Program-made: the position numbers and the translations under genes
Assembly: GCA_051942205.1 (NCBI GenBank)
Contig: JAVECO010000148.1
Span: 1-59,962, forward strand
DNA from: Coniocarpon cinnabarinum
Taxonomy: Eukaryota
Direction of reading: 5' to 3'
Length of the DNA: 59,962 nucleotides
Notes under the pieces: model-generated
What the model was told of the DNA's origin: nothing
What the model saw: only the letters and a program-made list of their open reading frames with translations
Database searches by the model: none
Part shown: positions 23,303 through 35,500 of the stretch, one piece after another
How the letters are laid out: the number at the start of each line of letters is the position of its first letter
Position numbering within the stretch: the first letter of the stretch is position 1

Positions 23303-25663
23303 TCAGTCCGAATCGGCGAACATGTCTTCAGCGCGGGCTCGACCTTTTCTAGCTGGTTGCGCTGCGCTTCTTTCTGCCCTCTTTTGTGACGCTGGCTCTG
23401 CCCGATCTGCTGGGATTTTGTCGACTGGCTTGCTCTCTTGGCGTTCTGATGGCTTCTGCTCCTTCGCTGGCGCTTTTCGGGATGCTCGATGGCTGTTTTT
23501 GGCGGTGTTTTGTTCCTGTTCTTCAGTGGTGTTAGCATCGCGTGATGGTCTGCGTTTCACATCAAGATCCATAGCATCTTCAGCCATGCTCTGTTTGTTC
23601 CCCAGTCTACTCAGCTTTTTGAACACGCCACCAGCACTGCCACCACTCGTAGTGCGAGCCTTGTCCGCCGCTTTCTTCTCATCTAACCGTCGAGCCTCAA
23701 TCTGCTGTTCCTCCTCCGTAAGCGGCGGATTATCAAACGTATGCACGAATTCCTGATGAGCCTGCGCACTAAACGCCGACCATTCCTGCCACATGGCCAG
23801 TAAAGTATGGACGCTGCGTTTGAATTTCTCAGCTGTTATACGACCTAGTTGCAGATCCCGGTCCAGACGTCCCAGCTTGCCAAAGACGTTGTGGCGTTGC
23901 AAAGCGGCCTCGAATAGGCTGCGATAGCGCCATGCTGAGCGGACGTTACAGGACATGGACGCGGACATGATGTCGCTGATCAGATATAAAGAGACAAGGC
24001 GAGCACCGCTGTCGTCGGTCTTCGCTTGCTCGTTTTGTTTGTCTCGGTTTGCTTGGCTTGTGAAGGGCGGGGGCGCTCCGAGGCCGACTGGGGGTTTTTC
24101 TTCGTCTTCGGGTTCGTTGATGCTGTCTTGGTCGGAGGTGTTTTTCACTTTTAGTGAAAATGGGCGGAGCACGTTGATCACGAGGAGATCAACAACTTCG
24201 GCGACGCCCACGTTTGCGTGGCCAATTGCGAACGCCATGACGCGTGCCACATCCCCTCGAGTGAGCTTGGCAATGGTGGTAGGGAGGCGTGTGAGTAGAT
24301 GCAAGAACTTGGCCTTTTGCATCGGGTCCAGATAGTTCCCTAGATTTGCCTCATCTTCTGCACCAGGTTTATTAGCGTCCATTGCGCCCTGATCAAACTG
24401 CTTGTTGCGTATGAAGCCCTCGTCGTCAGATTCCTCTTCTGCATCAGTGTCATAATCAGAATCGAGCCGAATCTCTCCCACTTCGTTCAGAAACTCAAAG
24501 GGCAGGTCTTTGCCCGCGTTCGCCCATTCTGCCCCGTTTTGGAATACCGGCTCACTCAAAGGTCTCTGTTTGCCGTCGCTTTCGGCACCTGTCACGATAC
24601 TCCATAAGCGCCAGCGGTAGTATACACCGCCTCGACTTCTTGCGTTCCAGATCCATGCCCACTTCTCCTCATTTTGGACCTCGGGCCTGCTCATTAGCAG
24701 TGCCTCGAAGCGCGGGCCCATGCTGAGAAGGCCCTCGATTGTTCTGTGAATGGCCTTGAGCTCATTCAGTGAAGAAGGCGGCACGACATTTACTTGAGAT
24801 TTTGATTCTTGAGCACCTTGAGAACGGTAATCTCTATGGCCTGGCGCGTATGACGCTGGGGGTGGGACCTGGTTACCGAACTCGGACGGAGGTGGCGCTC
24901 GAGACAGGGTATTCAGCTGAGGGTCTTTTGGTATATTTCGTGCTCCAAAAGGCTGTGATACGAGCGATGAATGCAAAGAGGCCGGGTTCGCAAGACGAGA
25001 TTCCATGGCGGTGGAAGAGAGCCCTCTCGATGCTTTCAGATAATGACCATATCCCACATAATTATTGTCTAGCGCGCGAATCGCCTCATCGATGTCGCGG
25101 CCGGCCGTCTCTGCGTGAAGCGTGACAACCGCAGTGACGGACTTGCGATCTCCAGTCTCCGAGGGGCCTTTAGGCGGAGGGACGATCCTCACATTCACTA
25201 CCTCCAGGCTGCTGGGAAGCATGCCCCCGACCTTTCCTTCTGAGACACTCAACGGCAAATTCTGCAATTGTAGCGTGGGTTTCGCAGCAGCTTGCTTCGC
25301 AGATCGAGTAGCGTTTGCACCGCCGGTATCCTGTTCCTCCTCGTCATCGTCAAGCAACAGCTTTCCAGGACGACGCTCACGGTCCTTGCCGTTATTCCTG
25401 GTGAAAGCCTCATCTATTCTAGCTTTCTTGGGAAGCGGGCGAAAGCCAACTTCATTGTCCAGCGTGCCTGGACCGCTACTTGGCATTGATCCCAACGCTC
25501 GATGCCGCTTGCCCCCTGCTTGAGGTGCATATTCTCCATCTTGCTCTTCCTCCTCGTCAAAGTATTTTGTGAATTCCTCTAACACAGCTTCGCGTTCAGC
25601 ACGATCCTTGGCTCGCTTCGCCTCTTCTTCTTCCTTCTTGCGTGTGTAGGAAGAAGACTGCAT
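23303..25663 (-). CDS. U2 snRNP-associated SURP motif protein (SR140/U2SURP-like): RRM-like + SURP + CID
   Basis: SURP-like GPRFEALLMSRPEVQNEEKWAWIW...GVYYRWRLW; CID-like LVSLYLISDIM...VRSAWRYRSLFE...GRITAEKFKRSV. First ATG in the frame at 25663. Confidence 0.82.
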   Translation of the reverse strand: MQSSSYTRKKEEEEAKRAKDRAEREAVLEEFTKYFDEEEEQDGEYAPQAGGKRHRALGSMPSSGPGTLDNEVGFRPLPKKARIDEAFTRNNGKDRERRPGKLLLDDDEEEQDTGGANATRSAKQAAAKPTLQLQNLPLSVSEGKVGGMLPSSLEVVNVRIVPPPKGPSETGDRKSVTAVVTLHAETAGRDIDEAIRALDNNYVGYGHYLKASRGLSSTAMESRLANPASLHSSLVSQPFGARNIPKDPQLNTLSRAPPPSEFGNQVPPPASYAPGHRDYRSQGAQESKSQVNVVPPSSLNELKAIHRTIEGLLSMGPRFEALLMSRPEVQNEEKWAWIWNARSRGGVYYRWRLWSIVTGAESDGKQRPLSEPVFQNGAEWANAGKDLPFEFLNEVGEIRLDSDYDTDAEEESDDEGFIRNKQFDQGAMDANKPGAEDEANLGNYLDPMQKAKFLHLLTRLPTTIAKLTRGDVARVMAFAIGHANVGVAEVVDLLVINVLRPFSLKVKNTSDQDSINEPEDEEKPPVGLGAPPPFTSQANRDKQNEQAKTDDSGARLVSLYLISDIMSASMSCNVRSAWRYRSLFEAALQRHNVFGKLGRLDRDLQLGRITAEKFKRSVHTLLAMWQEWSAFSAQAHQEFVHTFDNPPLTEEEQQIEARRLDEKKAADKARTTSGGSAGGVFKKLSRLGNKQSMAEDAMDLDVKRRPSRDANTTEEQEQNTAKNSHRASRKAPAKEQKPSERQESKPVDKIPADRAEPASQKRAERSAAQPARKGRARAEDMFADSD

Positions 25664-26081
25664 ATTTGGAGCACATCCCCTGTTTGAGAAGAGGGTTTCA
25701 AGAGTCACACGGCTGTAGACTGTCTCATATTGCAAGGTCTGGGTCTGGTCTGCTTGACTTGGTCTCTTACAGAGATCGAGGTCAGCGAGATAGTCATTGC
25801 AGTGGAGCGGAACTGTAATAACCGGAAATGTCCGCTCTTGGCACCGTTGACGCCAAGCTCTCCTCTTGAATGTCAAGCCGGATCACGGCCCAGCACCTGC
25901 AACGGCGCTGTTAACATACTTCTCATTGCAACAGTATCGTTGGGGAAAAGATCCGCTCGCTCATTAGCTGGAGTCTCCAATTTCTCACATCAGACGCAAG
26001 GCCAATCCGCCGCGTTGGCAATGACATCTCTTTCGATTGGATCATCGCCCTTATGAGCGCATACACCACCTCCCCTAATCC

Positions 26082-29081
26082 ATGTCTAAAGATTCCGAGA
26101 AATACGACTCCTTGCCAATCCCGACGTATGAAGAAGCGACATCACGACCCTCTTCATCAGCCAGCCGCCGTGGCCCTGGAGAAGTCAGTGACGATGCGGA
26201 ACGGCAAGGCCTCCTCAATGAACAAGTGGCGAGCGCCGGCAGCAGCAACAATTACACGTCCTCCAGGCGCGGACGCGACGGCAGAGGCAACTATCGTCCG
26301 CCAACGGTCGAATCAGCACGTTCAAGCTATGATAGCGCCCTCACGAGTCCGGAGCTGACAGATGAGGAAGATCAGGCCGATGCAGAATTACGGCGTGACC
26401 TCGAAGAGCTGGAAGTGTCAGACCCGGAAGCAGAACGTCGCGCACAGCAGAGGGCTCGCATGCGAAGAGAGTTCCACAAGAGACTGGCCACTGTCACCGC
26501 TACCTTTTCCAACCTCCACTTACCGCGCTTTCCGAACATCACCATCTTCAGTTCGCTCCGAGAGCGATTCCCGCGACTTCCTTTCCCTGAGCGTGGTTCG
26601 GTATCATGGCCCATTGTCGCGCGTCTGGTCGCTCTTCTCGTGATCGCCTCAGTCATATATCTTCTCATAGCCGTCAAAATCGTTCCAGGGCGAGGTGCAG
26701 TTGGGGGCATGCGCTTCGAGCCTGATTCTATCAGGGAATTTCTAATACGACACGTTGATCCTTCCAAGATCGAATCTCATCTACGCGAGCTCTCTTTTGA
26801 CGACCATATTGCGGGGACTCGAGGTGATATGTTTCTCGCACACTTCGTTGAAGATTGGTTCAAGCAGAGCAAAGTCGATACGGTGTTCAGAGAGGATTTC
26901 AAAATACTTATGAATTTTCCGAAGGCGAACAATGAGGGAAGACGCATTGCGATCTTGGAACCTTCTGAAAAGCGCTGGGAATCTTCGCTCGCCGAAGAGA
27001 ATGTGCCTCAAGATTTGGTGAACCCGACTGTCCATCCCGGTCAGGCTGCTAGTCTGACACGCCATCAATCACCTGCCTTTCAGCCATACTCCTATTCTGG
27101 TGAGGTAACAGGCTCCCTAGTGTATGCTAACTATGGATCTCGCGAAGACTTTGAATGGCTTCGAAAACATGATGTTTCGACAGAGGGAGCCATTGCACTT
27201 GTACGGCACTACGGCTCTCAGCCTGACGTGTCTCTCAAGATTGCTGCAGCTAAGAAAGCGGGTTGCATTGGAGCACTTGTCTATTCTGACCCTGCAGAAG
27301 ACGGGCCTGAGCAAGTCGACGGAGCGCATTCTCCATCTGAAGAACCCTGGCGCTCTCCAGATAGCGTCCATCGCACATCTGTGGCTCTTCATAGTGAGGT
27401 ACTAGGTGATCCACTTACTCCAGGGTGGTCGTCGACTCCTGATGCAAGTCGCCTGAACCACGTGAATATGTCGAGTCTGCCTTCAATTCCTTCTCTACCG
27501 TTATCCTGGCGAGACGCCGAGCCCCTGCTCAAGTCCTTGCAGAACGTCGGCACACCTATACCGGACAACATGGCGGGAGCTGTGCCCAACATTGCTTACT
27601 GGACGGGTAATGCGACCTCAGAAGCGTCGCCAGGTGTCAATCTTCAGAATCATCAAGATGAGGAAGAGCAGCAGACGATACGAAACGTCTTCGCTTCCCT
27701 CACTGGCCTCGAAGAGCCTAAAGAGCCGATTTACATAGGTGCGCCGCGTGACGCTCTATGCTTTGGAGCCGTGCAACCAGGATCGGGAACAGCAATTTTG
27801 ATGGAGCTCGCACACTTGTTTGGACGTCTCGCAGCGAACGGATGGCGACCACGCCGTACGCTCGTCTTTGCTTCATGGGACGCTGGCGAGTACAATGCCG
27901 CCGGGTCAACTGAGCACGTGGAGGCGCGTCTGGATGAACTCCGCCTTCGAGGCATCTCATACATCAACCTCGCTTCTGCTGTCTACGGGACCCATCTCAA
28001 AGCTCGTGGCTCCCCAGTCTTCCGCTCTGTCCTACACTCTACACTAGCACGTGTTGTTGACCCCAGCACGAATACCTCACTGCTCGAAACCTGGAATGCC
28101 TCACGATCAGACCTTGAATCTCTTCCTACCAGCCTCGGCGATTTCCTACCCTTCCACGACCTCGCTGGCATGTCTTCACTTGATCTCTCCTTCACCTCTG
28201 CATTAAACGCCGACCGTGCTCCTCCCGGCGGAGACACCGCCTCTATTACTCAACAAACACCAGCCGCATTTCCTAAGGGCTCCTGTCACGACACTCTCGC
28301 CTGGCTGACCAACCACGGCGATCCCGGCTTCTTGTATCACGCCCTCCTCACCCAAGTCGTCGCTATCCTTGTGTACGAACTGGCTGATGCCCCGCTCCTA
28401 CCACTTGATCTTCAACACTACTCTAGCACTATCACATCCTCCATCGATGACCTCATAACTGATCTCCACGCCGGCACCAAAAACTCGGACGAAGAAGTCG
28501 ACAAGATTTTCAACCTCGCCATGCTGCGCGACGCCGGCGCCGGAATGGCCCGCCGCATCAACGGCTTCGACGCTTGGACTGCAGGCTACCTCGCCAGCAT
28601 GGGCGCCTCTATCGAACCCGGCGCTGAGAACGGCAACGGGCCCGGCGGTCTTGTCGGTGAACCGCCAGATCTAGCAGCACGGCGCGTCGCGCATAATCAG
28701 CACATTGCAGAGTTTGAGTCGCATCTGCTGGACCTGCCGTTACCCAATGGTATGACAATCGGTGACGACGACGACACGAATGAACCAGCACAGAACGCAA
28801 CGCTGCTTACTTCTCCTCAGGGTTCAGCCGCGCCTCCTGAACCTTCAGAGTCGCCGGACCAGCGCAAGGCAGAACGTACTGATGAGATGGGATACGGTCT
28901 TCCGTATGCACCTCAGTATAAACACGTCTTCCATGGACCGCGAAAATGGGACTCTGGATCGAACCGGCCGTTCCCTGCGATACGAGAAGCCTTTGCGGAG
29001 GGCGATTGGGAAGGTGTCAGGAAGGCGGTTGAGGTTGCGAGTTCGGCGATTCGCTGGGCGGGGTGGCGACTTGCGCACTGA
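26082..29081 (+). CDS. Transferrin receptor-like / glutamate carboxypeptidase (M28B) family type II membrane protein, Tre1/Tre2-like, likely inactive
   Basis: Cytosolic N-terminus with PTYEEA, single TM, PA domain (LVYANYGSREDF; LVYSDPAEDG), M28 core (GWRPRRTLVFASWDA), TfR dimerisation tail (YKHVFHGP...FPAI). Confidence 0.88.
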   Translation: MSKDSEKYDSLPIPTYEEATSRPSSSASRRGPGEVSDDAERQGLLNEQVASAGSSNNYTSSRRGRDGRGNYRPPTVESARSSYDSALTSPELTDEEDQADAELRRDLEELEVSDPEAERRAQQRARMRREFHKRLATVTATFSNLHLPRFPNITIFSSLRERFPRLPFPERGSVSWPIVARLVALLVIASVIYLLIAVKIVPGRGAVGGMRFEPDSIREFLIRHVDPSKIESHLRELSFDDHIAGTRGDMFLAHFVEDWFKQSKVDTVFREDFKILMNFPKANNEGRRIAILEPSEKRWESSLAEENVPQDLVNPTVHPGQAASLTRHQSPAFQPYSYSGEVTGSLVYANYGSREDFEWLRKHDVSTEGAIALVRHYGSQPDVSLKIAAAKKAGCIGALVYSDPAEDGPEQVDGAHSPSEEPWRSPDSVHRTSVALHSEVLGDPLTPGWSSTPDASRLNHVNMSSLPSIPSLPLSWRDAEPLLKSLQNVGTPIPDNMAGAVPNIAYWTGNATSEASPGVNLQNHQDEEEQQTIRNVFASLTGLEEPKEPIYIGAPRDALCFGAVQPGSGTAILMELAHLFGRLAANGWRPRRTLVFASWDAGEYNAAGSTEHVEARLDELRLRGISYINLASAVYGTHLKARGSPVFRSVLHSTLARVVDPSTNTSLLETWNASRSDLESLPTSLGDFLPFHDLAGMSSLDLSFTSALNADRAPPGGDTASITQQTPAAFPKGSCHDTLAWLTNHGDPGFLYHALLTQVVAILVYELADAPLLPLDLQHYSSTITSSIDDLITDLHAGTKNSDEEVDKIFNLAMLRDAGAGMARRINGFDAWTAGYLASMGASIEPGAENGNGPGGLVGEPPDLAARRVAHNQHIAEFESHLLDLPLPNGMTIGDDDDTNEPAQNATLLTSPQGSAAPPEPSESPDQRKAERTDEMGYGLPYAPQYKHVFHGPRKWDSGSNRPFPAIREAFAEGDWEGVRKAVEVASSAIRWAGWRLAH

Positions 29082-29565
29082 TTGATAAGTGATAACATCT
29101 CGTGCTTCTGAAATTTGAAGGGCAGAGGTGTACGCGCGCGCGGCAGAGATGATGAGCATGAGTTGTTGTCGGCAGTGAGGATAGTATGGCGTTTGAGATC
29201 TGCCTGGTTCGGCTTATGCTTGTACTTGTAGCACGGCTTAGCGAAATTGATGACTGTACAGCCTATTCTGGGCGCCGTCACTGGTATCTCTACGTTGAAA
29301 ACCCACTGCAACCTATCCTGTCCTTGCCCTAGTGATTTAGACTTATAAGTGGTATGACAAGGGTGATGTACTTATGCATGTCGTTCCGTCAGTCACATGG
29401 ATTTCGAACAAAAGAACGTTCAACGATACGTTTTCAAATCGACGGAAGCCACCAGTATCGTTAATCAAATGTATTGACGCCCCGAATATGTATACCAGCA
29501 CACTATACAACCCAATCATACACAATCCTTCTCCAAGGCACCACCGCCACACAGCGTCCATACTC

Positions 29566-32500
29566 CTACAAAAACGCACACCACCCAATGTACATCCTTG
29601 CCAACCGCGCCGGATCCCTCGCCATCTGCACCAGCGCCTCCACATACCCCTGCACATTCAACGGCAGCGACTCCCCGGGCAACAGCCCCTTCAATTTCGA
29701 CCGCACACTCTCCAAGACCTCCCGCGGACTCTCCGGAATCGTCTGGTTGCACCCCAGTCCCGCATTCATCCCCGCAATCTTAATAACCCGCGGACCCTTC
29801 GCGTGCCGTCCCACGAAATCAGCCGTCGGATCGTACACGAACGTCTCGAGAATCGTAAGCAGGGCGTCTTCCTGGCTTCTCATGACTGTGAGGGCGATCT
29901 CGGCCGCTTTGCGGAAATAGCCCTCCACACCTGTGGCGCCCATCGCGTGGACCATATTGTGGGTGAGGCGGAAGGGAACGAGTTCCGGTTTTTCAAAGGT
30001 CAAGCCTTTGTCGAAGAGGCAGTTGAAATCGACGTGGAAGACGCCGCCGGTTTCTTCTTGCAGGAGGACGTTTTCGCCGTGGCGGTCGCCGAGGCCGAGA
30101 GAGTGGCCGACGATGGACGCCACGGCAGCAGAACGCGCATATCGCGTGCGGGCGGCGTACCAAGCGTCGGGCGCTGGGAAGTTCTCGATGAACCACTCGT
30201 GCAGAACGGGATAGTACATATCGAGCAGCTGGTGTGTGAAGATGTTGAGGGAGTCGGGGGGATTTGCGCAGGCTTCCGCGAGTAAATTACGGAGGAGGTT
30301 ATAGTCGATTTTGACGCCCTTGGCGCGATAGAGCGCGATGAGGATGTCGCGGAGGGGCTTGAGACCTTCGACCCACTCGATGATGCCGCAGCGCTCGTTA
30401 AGCGGCGTAACAGCGTAGGTCTTGATGTAAAGCCGGCGAGAAGAGGCCGCCGCGTCTTTCTTTAGTCCTCGATTGATCATGGCGTTGTATTCCATTAAAC
30501 GCTGGTCTTTGCGGAGGTCGTCGTTGGGTTTGCAAAGGAGGCCATATTTGTTGCCGTCAGAACCGCGCGCGGTGATCTTGCGCGGCTTCTGTAAAGAAGA
30601 GAGGACGAGGACACTGTCGTCGAAGGCGTGGATGGTTACGGCTTTGCGAGTCATGGGGAAGGCTTTGTGAGTACGCATGGAACGGGAGCCGTTGATTTTG
30701 GGAAGGCTGGCGGTGAGCATGCGCTCCCAGGGAATGACCAAGGGACAGGGCGCCACTTTGATCTTGAAGCTGAGGTCGCGTTGAAGACTAACGTGAGACG
30801 TGCGTCCTTGGATGGCGACCTCGCACGCTTTCAGGAGTTCTTCAGAAAGCTTTTGACCTCGTGTGACAAGGTCGCGCAGATCCACCGAGACTCCTTCGTT
30901 TCGCACCGTCTTGGAATTGTTCTGTTTGATGCGATTGATGAGATTCATGCCTCGATTAGCTCTATCAGCAGAGGACGATTTCACGGTCCCGAGCAGCGAC
31001 CACAGGGCTTGCTGTGGATAAGTGGAGATGACTTTGATAATGATCAGAGACAGCACCTCCCAGACGCCCTTGTCTTCGTGACTAATTCTCGTGATCATCT
31101 GCGCCAAGGCATTGTAGAATACAAACGGCGATATCTTGTCTGTGTATTTCCGGACTTGCTTATTGATGCCATCTAAAAATTTGGAACGTTGCTTGTCCAC
31201 ATTTTCGCGCACGTCTGAAGGCACCTCCTTCGAAATGGGACGGTTAGCTTCAATTCCAAAGTCTAACCATAAAGTCAGCAGCTTCGGCAACGACTCGTTG
31301 ATGTACTTGCAGCCAAAAGTCAGAGAGCGCAGGTAATTCTCCACGACCAATTTGGTAGTCTCGCCGCTCAGTGTTCTGAACCCTTGTCGACTCAGCGGCA
31401 GATTGCGCTCAGCATCTAGGAGCTTGTTATAGAACTTGCCTAAGTTATAGAGTCCTTTCTCCCACTTTTGAAAAGAGAACGTGACCTGGCGATATTGGTG
31501 GAGAATGGTGTCCGAGGAGGACTGGCCGGCCTGATCTAACCATCTAGCCATTAATAGCTGAGCCTTTGCGATGAGAATGTTTTGTTGAGTCTGCTGATCT
31601 TGATCTCCAGCGGCTGTCATGCTGACAAGTGCAGTGGTGCCGACTTCTCCTCCGGTTGCAATGCCATGAGTGTCTGATGCTGTTAATGTACCCGCGGAGG
31701 CGAACGCTCTGGCGGCCATGGCACCCTCCAGACTTTGAATGGCCTTCCGATGCTCACCTTCATCCCATAGCAGTCGTGCCTGTTCGATTTTGGCTGACTC
31801 ATCGCCGAGACTTGTGGCGTTGTAGACAGCGTTATAGGCCAGTGACAGATTTGGTCCTTTACGGGCAAGCTTGGCTGTTGCCATCCAGGACGTAGCCAAA
31901 TTATAGCGCATCCTTCCATCCCCAATTAGAGCCACGGCACGCCTTAGACTCAGCAGATATTGTTTGTCTGGATGCGAGTTACCCACGGCATCTAGACGGC
32001 GAGACAGAATATGCTGAAGCGGCTTGTCCGTTTTTTTGTGGCCACTCACAAGCTCAATCTCGTAAAGTGCTTGCAACTTCAGAAGATGGTCTCGACTGGA
32101 CTGGAGGGAAGATGTAGTTGAGCCGTGTAATGATTTTGCGACTTCCATGCGTAAGTGATCTACCCTAGTAGTAAATTCGACGGGATGTCCTTCGCGTAGA
32201 GCTTTCAGTGCTAGTCCGATACCGCTATTGAAGCTCTTGTATCGTGTCGATGTCGTTTCGGTGACATGTTGGTCGAACCATTGCCATTCATTCAAGGACC
32301 AGGCAGCTTCAGCCACCATTGATTGCACAACAGCATTTTCAGCAACGCTTTTGGGCGCCGTTTCAACCTGACGAAGAATTGCGGTGAACTGTGAAGCTTC
32401 ACGCAAACACGATAAAGACTTAAGGTGTGTGGAAGTATCTTGCGGATCATTATGAAGACGCAGACTGTACCAGCTTTGTGCGGCTGTCCATCTCCCGGCT

Positions 32501-35500
32501 TTGCGATGTTCAATGGCTTGCTGTTCGGGATCTAAGATGTGCAGGTGAGAGGAAACACCAGCGATTCCGTCTGGGTCATCAATAGACGTGTAAATGTCTT
32601 GGAGCCTTTGATACATCTCATCTTCTTCCTCTGCAGATACCTTAATTTCTTTCTTTGCGGCACGCTCGAGCATGTGTGCCTCCCAGTGAAGAATTGCACG
32701 CGCATAGGATCCACACGCGGCAGCCCTTCTTGAGATCACATCAGATGGGATACTGCCCAGTACAGCTTCGGCATTCGCAATTTGCTGAAGGTCAGCGCGT
32801 TCCTGCTCAGCTTCCATGTGGTCTGGCATTCGGCCTGACCTTTCAATCAAAGCTCTTGTAGATGAAACAAGCTTTTTCTTCCCTTGGAGCCAACGTGACA
32901 GGTAATCCAAAACCTGGAAACAATCCTGGCTACAACGTTCCAAATGTGATGCTTGTGACGCGGTTAAATTTTCCGCTGATTGGCTTAACACCGCAAGAAA
33001 TTCCTGCCCTACCGCGATCGCTTCTGCGGGCGCACCGTCGAAAATGACGTTGCTTGTCGCGTAGGGAAGAAGCATGCTAACGATGGAGATATCGCATCCT
33101 CGAATGATTCTGGCTACGCGATCAAAGATCATGCGAGCGTTCTCTCCCTTTGCATTGTGAAAACTTTCCAGCACAAAGTCTCGCAGCCATGTGTTGTGAG
33201 TGATGTTGGGACGGTAAACTGGAGAGTGTCTGCTGTTCGACATGCTTGTGTTGTTCGTTTTGAGTACATAGTGAGAACTCAAAAACGGAATTAGTGTTTG
33301 CCGCGTCGCTTCTGGTATTGACGTCCACCTTGAGTAAACCTCGTCACCTTGGCTTCCTAGGGGCCGATATGCGGCAAAAGCTTCTTTGCTGAAGCCACAG
33401 AATTTCAAAAGCTCTTGCATGACGTATGCAAGGAAGCCTTGCGCTCTCGGATTGGTGGCAGATTGAAAGGCTTTGACTAGAATGTGTTCGAGAAAGTAAG
33501 TAACAAATTCAACGGCTTCACCTGCCTGCTTGAAATTAGAAAGTATCATAGGAAGATGCGACTCCTTTACGTTTTCAATCCTGTTAGGATCCACACATCC
33601 AATGACACCCAAACATTGAGCGCTCCGCTCGGCAATGTTGGAAGGGTCATCGTGGAAACGCTCAGCAACGTCGAGCAATGCCCTTAAAAGCTGGCCAACG
33701 ATCGGCAGAGGCTGTTCAGAGGCGGCAACTTCATGTAGCCAATGTTGATGCTGCTCGATGTACGGAAGAAGCTCGTGTAATGCCTGAGAGACAATCAGAC
33801 TGCTTTCATCGCGACATCGCTTGACAAACGAGTTGAGCTTTTCGCTAACTTCAGCTTCAGCCTTGAATCGAGAGAGTTGTGACTCAAACTTAGACATAAG
33901 AGGTATGGTCGCAAGAGAAGGCAAGACGTCGACAATGCTTTGAATCAAAGTGCTGTAGTTCTTTAGAAGCTCAGCAACAACGTCGTAAGCTTTTTGCTGA
34001 GTGGCGCTAGTAAGATATGTCCATTTTTGCACGATTAATGTGAAAGTTTGCTCGATGAAGCTTTCCAGTGCTTCGCCCTCTACTAGAGTTAGGGCGGCTA
34101 CCCAAGCATCGAATGCGGGATTGCAGAGGCTGGAATGCGCAAATGCGGCTTGCAGACACGCTCGAATCTGTTTCTTTCAGTGATCATCCAGTATTCTAGG
34201 ATGTGTTTTTCAACGTACCTGCGGAAGGGCGACAAGTGAATCTGCCTGCGCAGTTTCGACCAGTTGCTGTATTGCTTGAACCGACCGCACCTGCTCGAGG
34301 GTACCCGCAACGGGGCTCTCGATACTTTGTGACAGATAATTGACGATCCCCAGAGCGTGATTTTCGCAAAAAAGGGACATCATCCGAGACTGCGTTGCAG
34401 CGCTCCTCGTAGAGTGACTACGTCGCTCCACGATGACAGCGAGCTCCTTGAATGCTTGTATAGCCTAAATCTAATTAATAAGGAAGTAGAACAACTTATA
34501 GACAAAACATACCTTTTGTTTTGCCTCATCATGGGAGCTGACAATGATGATTAGGATCTCACGCGCAACCGCTGCAGGATCAGCCTTGAAAATTTGAGTG
34601 GTTTCAGTGTCGTCGATCTCTGCCTTGACGTTTGCGAGGCACTGCTGCACGACGGCCTCACCGTTGTTGGGATGTTGGGATAACAACGTAGCGAGAAGAA
34701 CTGGAAGGTTTCTCTCTTGGACACATAGCTCAAATACACTCATGTCATTTCCTTGAGCCTTAGCTATGCGCTCCAAAAGGTCGCGTTGATCCCAAAGTAC
34801 TAGGAACGGTATGGTGTGCATTTGTGTCTCGCTAAGCAGGCGATTGACCGTCCAGCCGATGACATCTGCAAGCAGCTGTATTTTCTGCGGCTTTTTCCGG
34901 AGGTCTTTCACTGCTGCAATCGCAATGGTGCGCCAAAAAGGACGCAAAAGCATCTCCACACTGTCCCGAAAGCTGTCGGCCACACGTTGCAGCTCGAGAG
35001 TTGCCAAACTTGCCACCAGAGCGTTCGAACTGCCAAGGTATTCAACAAGTTGAAGCAAGACAAGATTGAGCTCCTCGCCGGCGCATGAAGTAGCAACTTG
35101 TCCGAAAGTGAAAATCAAGGTCTCCCAGATTCGAGGATCATTCGTGCGTGAAAGTGATCGCATGAAATTTAAAAGCGCCATGTGGTTTTGCCTGGATGGC
35201 GTATGCGACGTTGCAGCAGGTCTAGCGAGAAAGAAAACCAAGGTTCGTCCGCAGGCAATCCGTAGCTCCCGTGATGGGCTACGGAGACCTTGCAAGCACC
35301 ATTTGCCGATGCCTGTCGCTTCGAGCTGTAGCTGGTCAGATCGGTGGGTATGTGACGCCAGTGTACAAATAGCCATGGTCATAGCCACCTTCAAGGAGGT
35401 AGAGTTCGATATAGCATCACTTGCGATGAGACGACTCAGAAGGTCGAAGTAAGCAGTTTCCAAGCTTTCACTCCAACACATTTGGAGAGCCTGATCTGTG

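Noticed and set aside
25664..25876. N-terminal extension of the U2SURP ORF in the ORF track
   Set aside because: Begins at a non-ATG codon; first ATG in frame is 25663.
29374..31176. Long plus-strand ORFs (303 aa, 182 aa) antisense to the ATR kinase domain
   Set aside because: Shadow ORFs expected from GC-rich codon usage of the real gene; no recognisable motifs.
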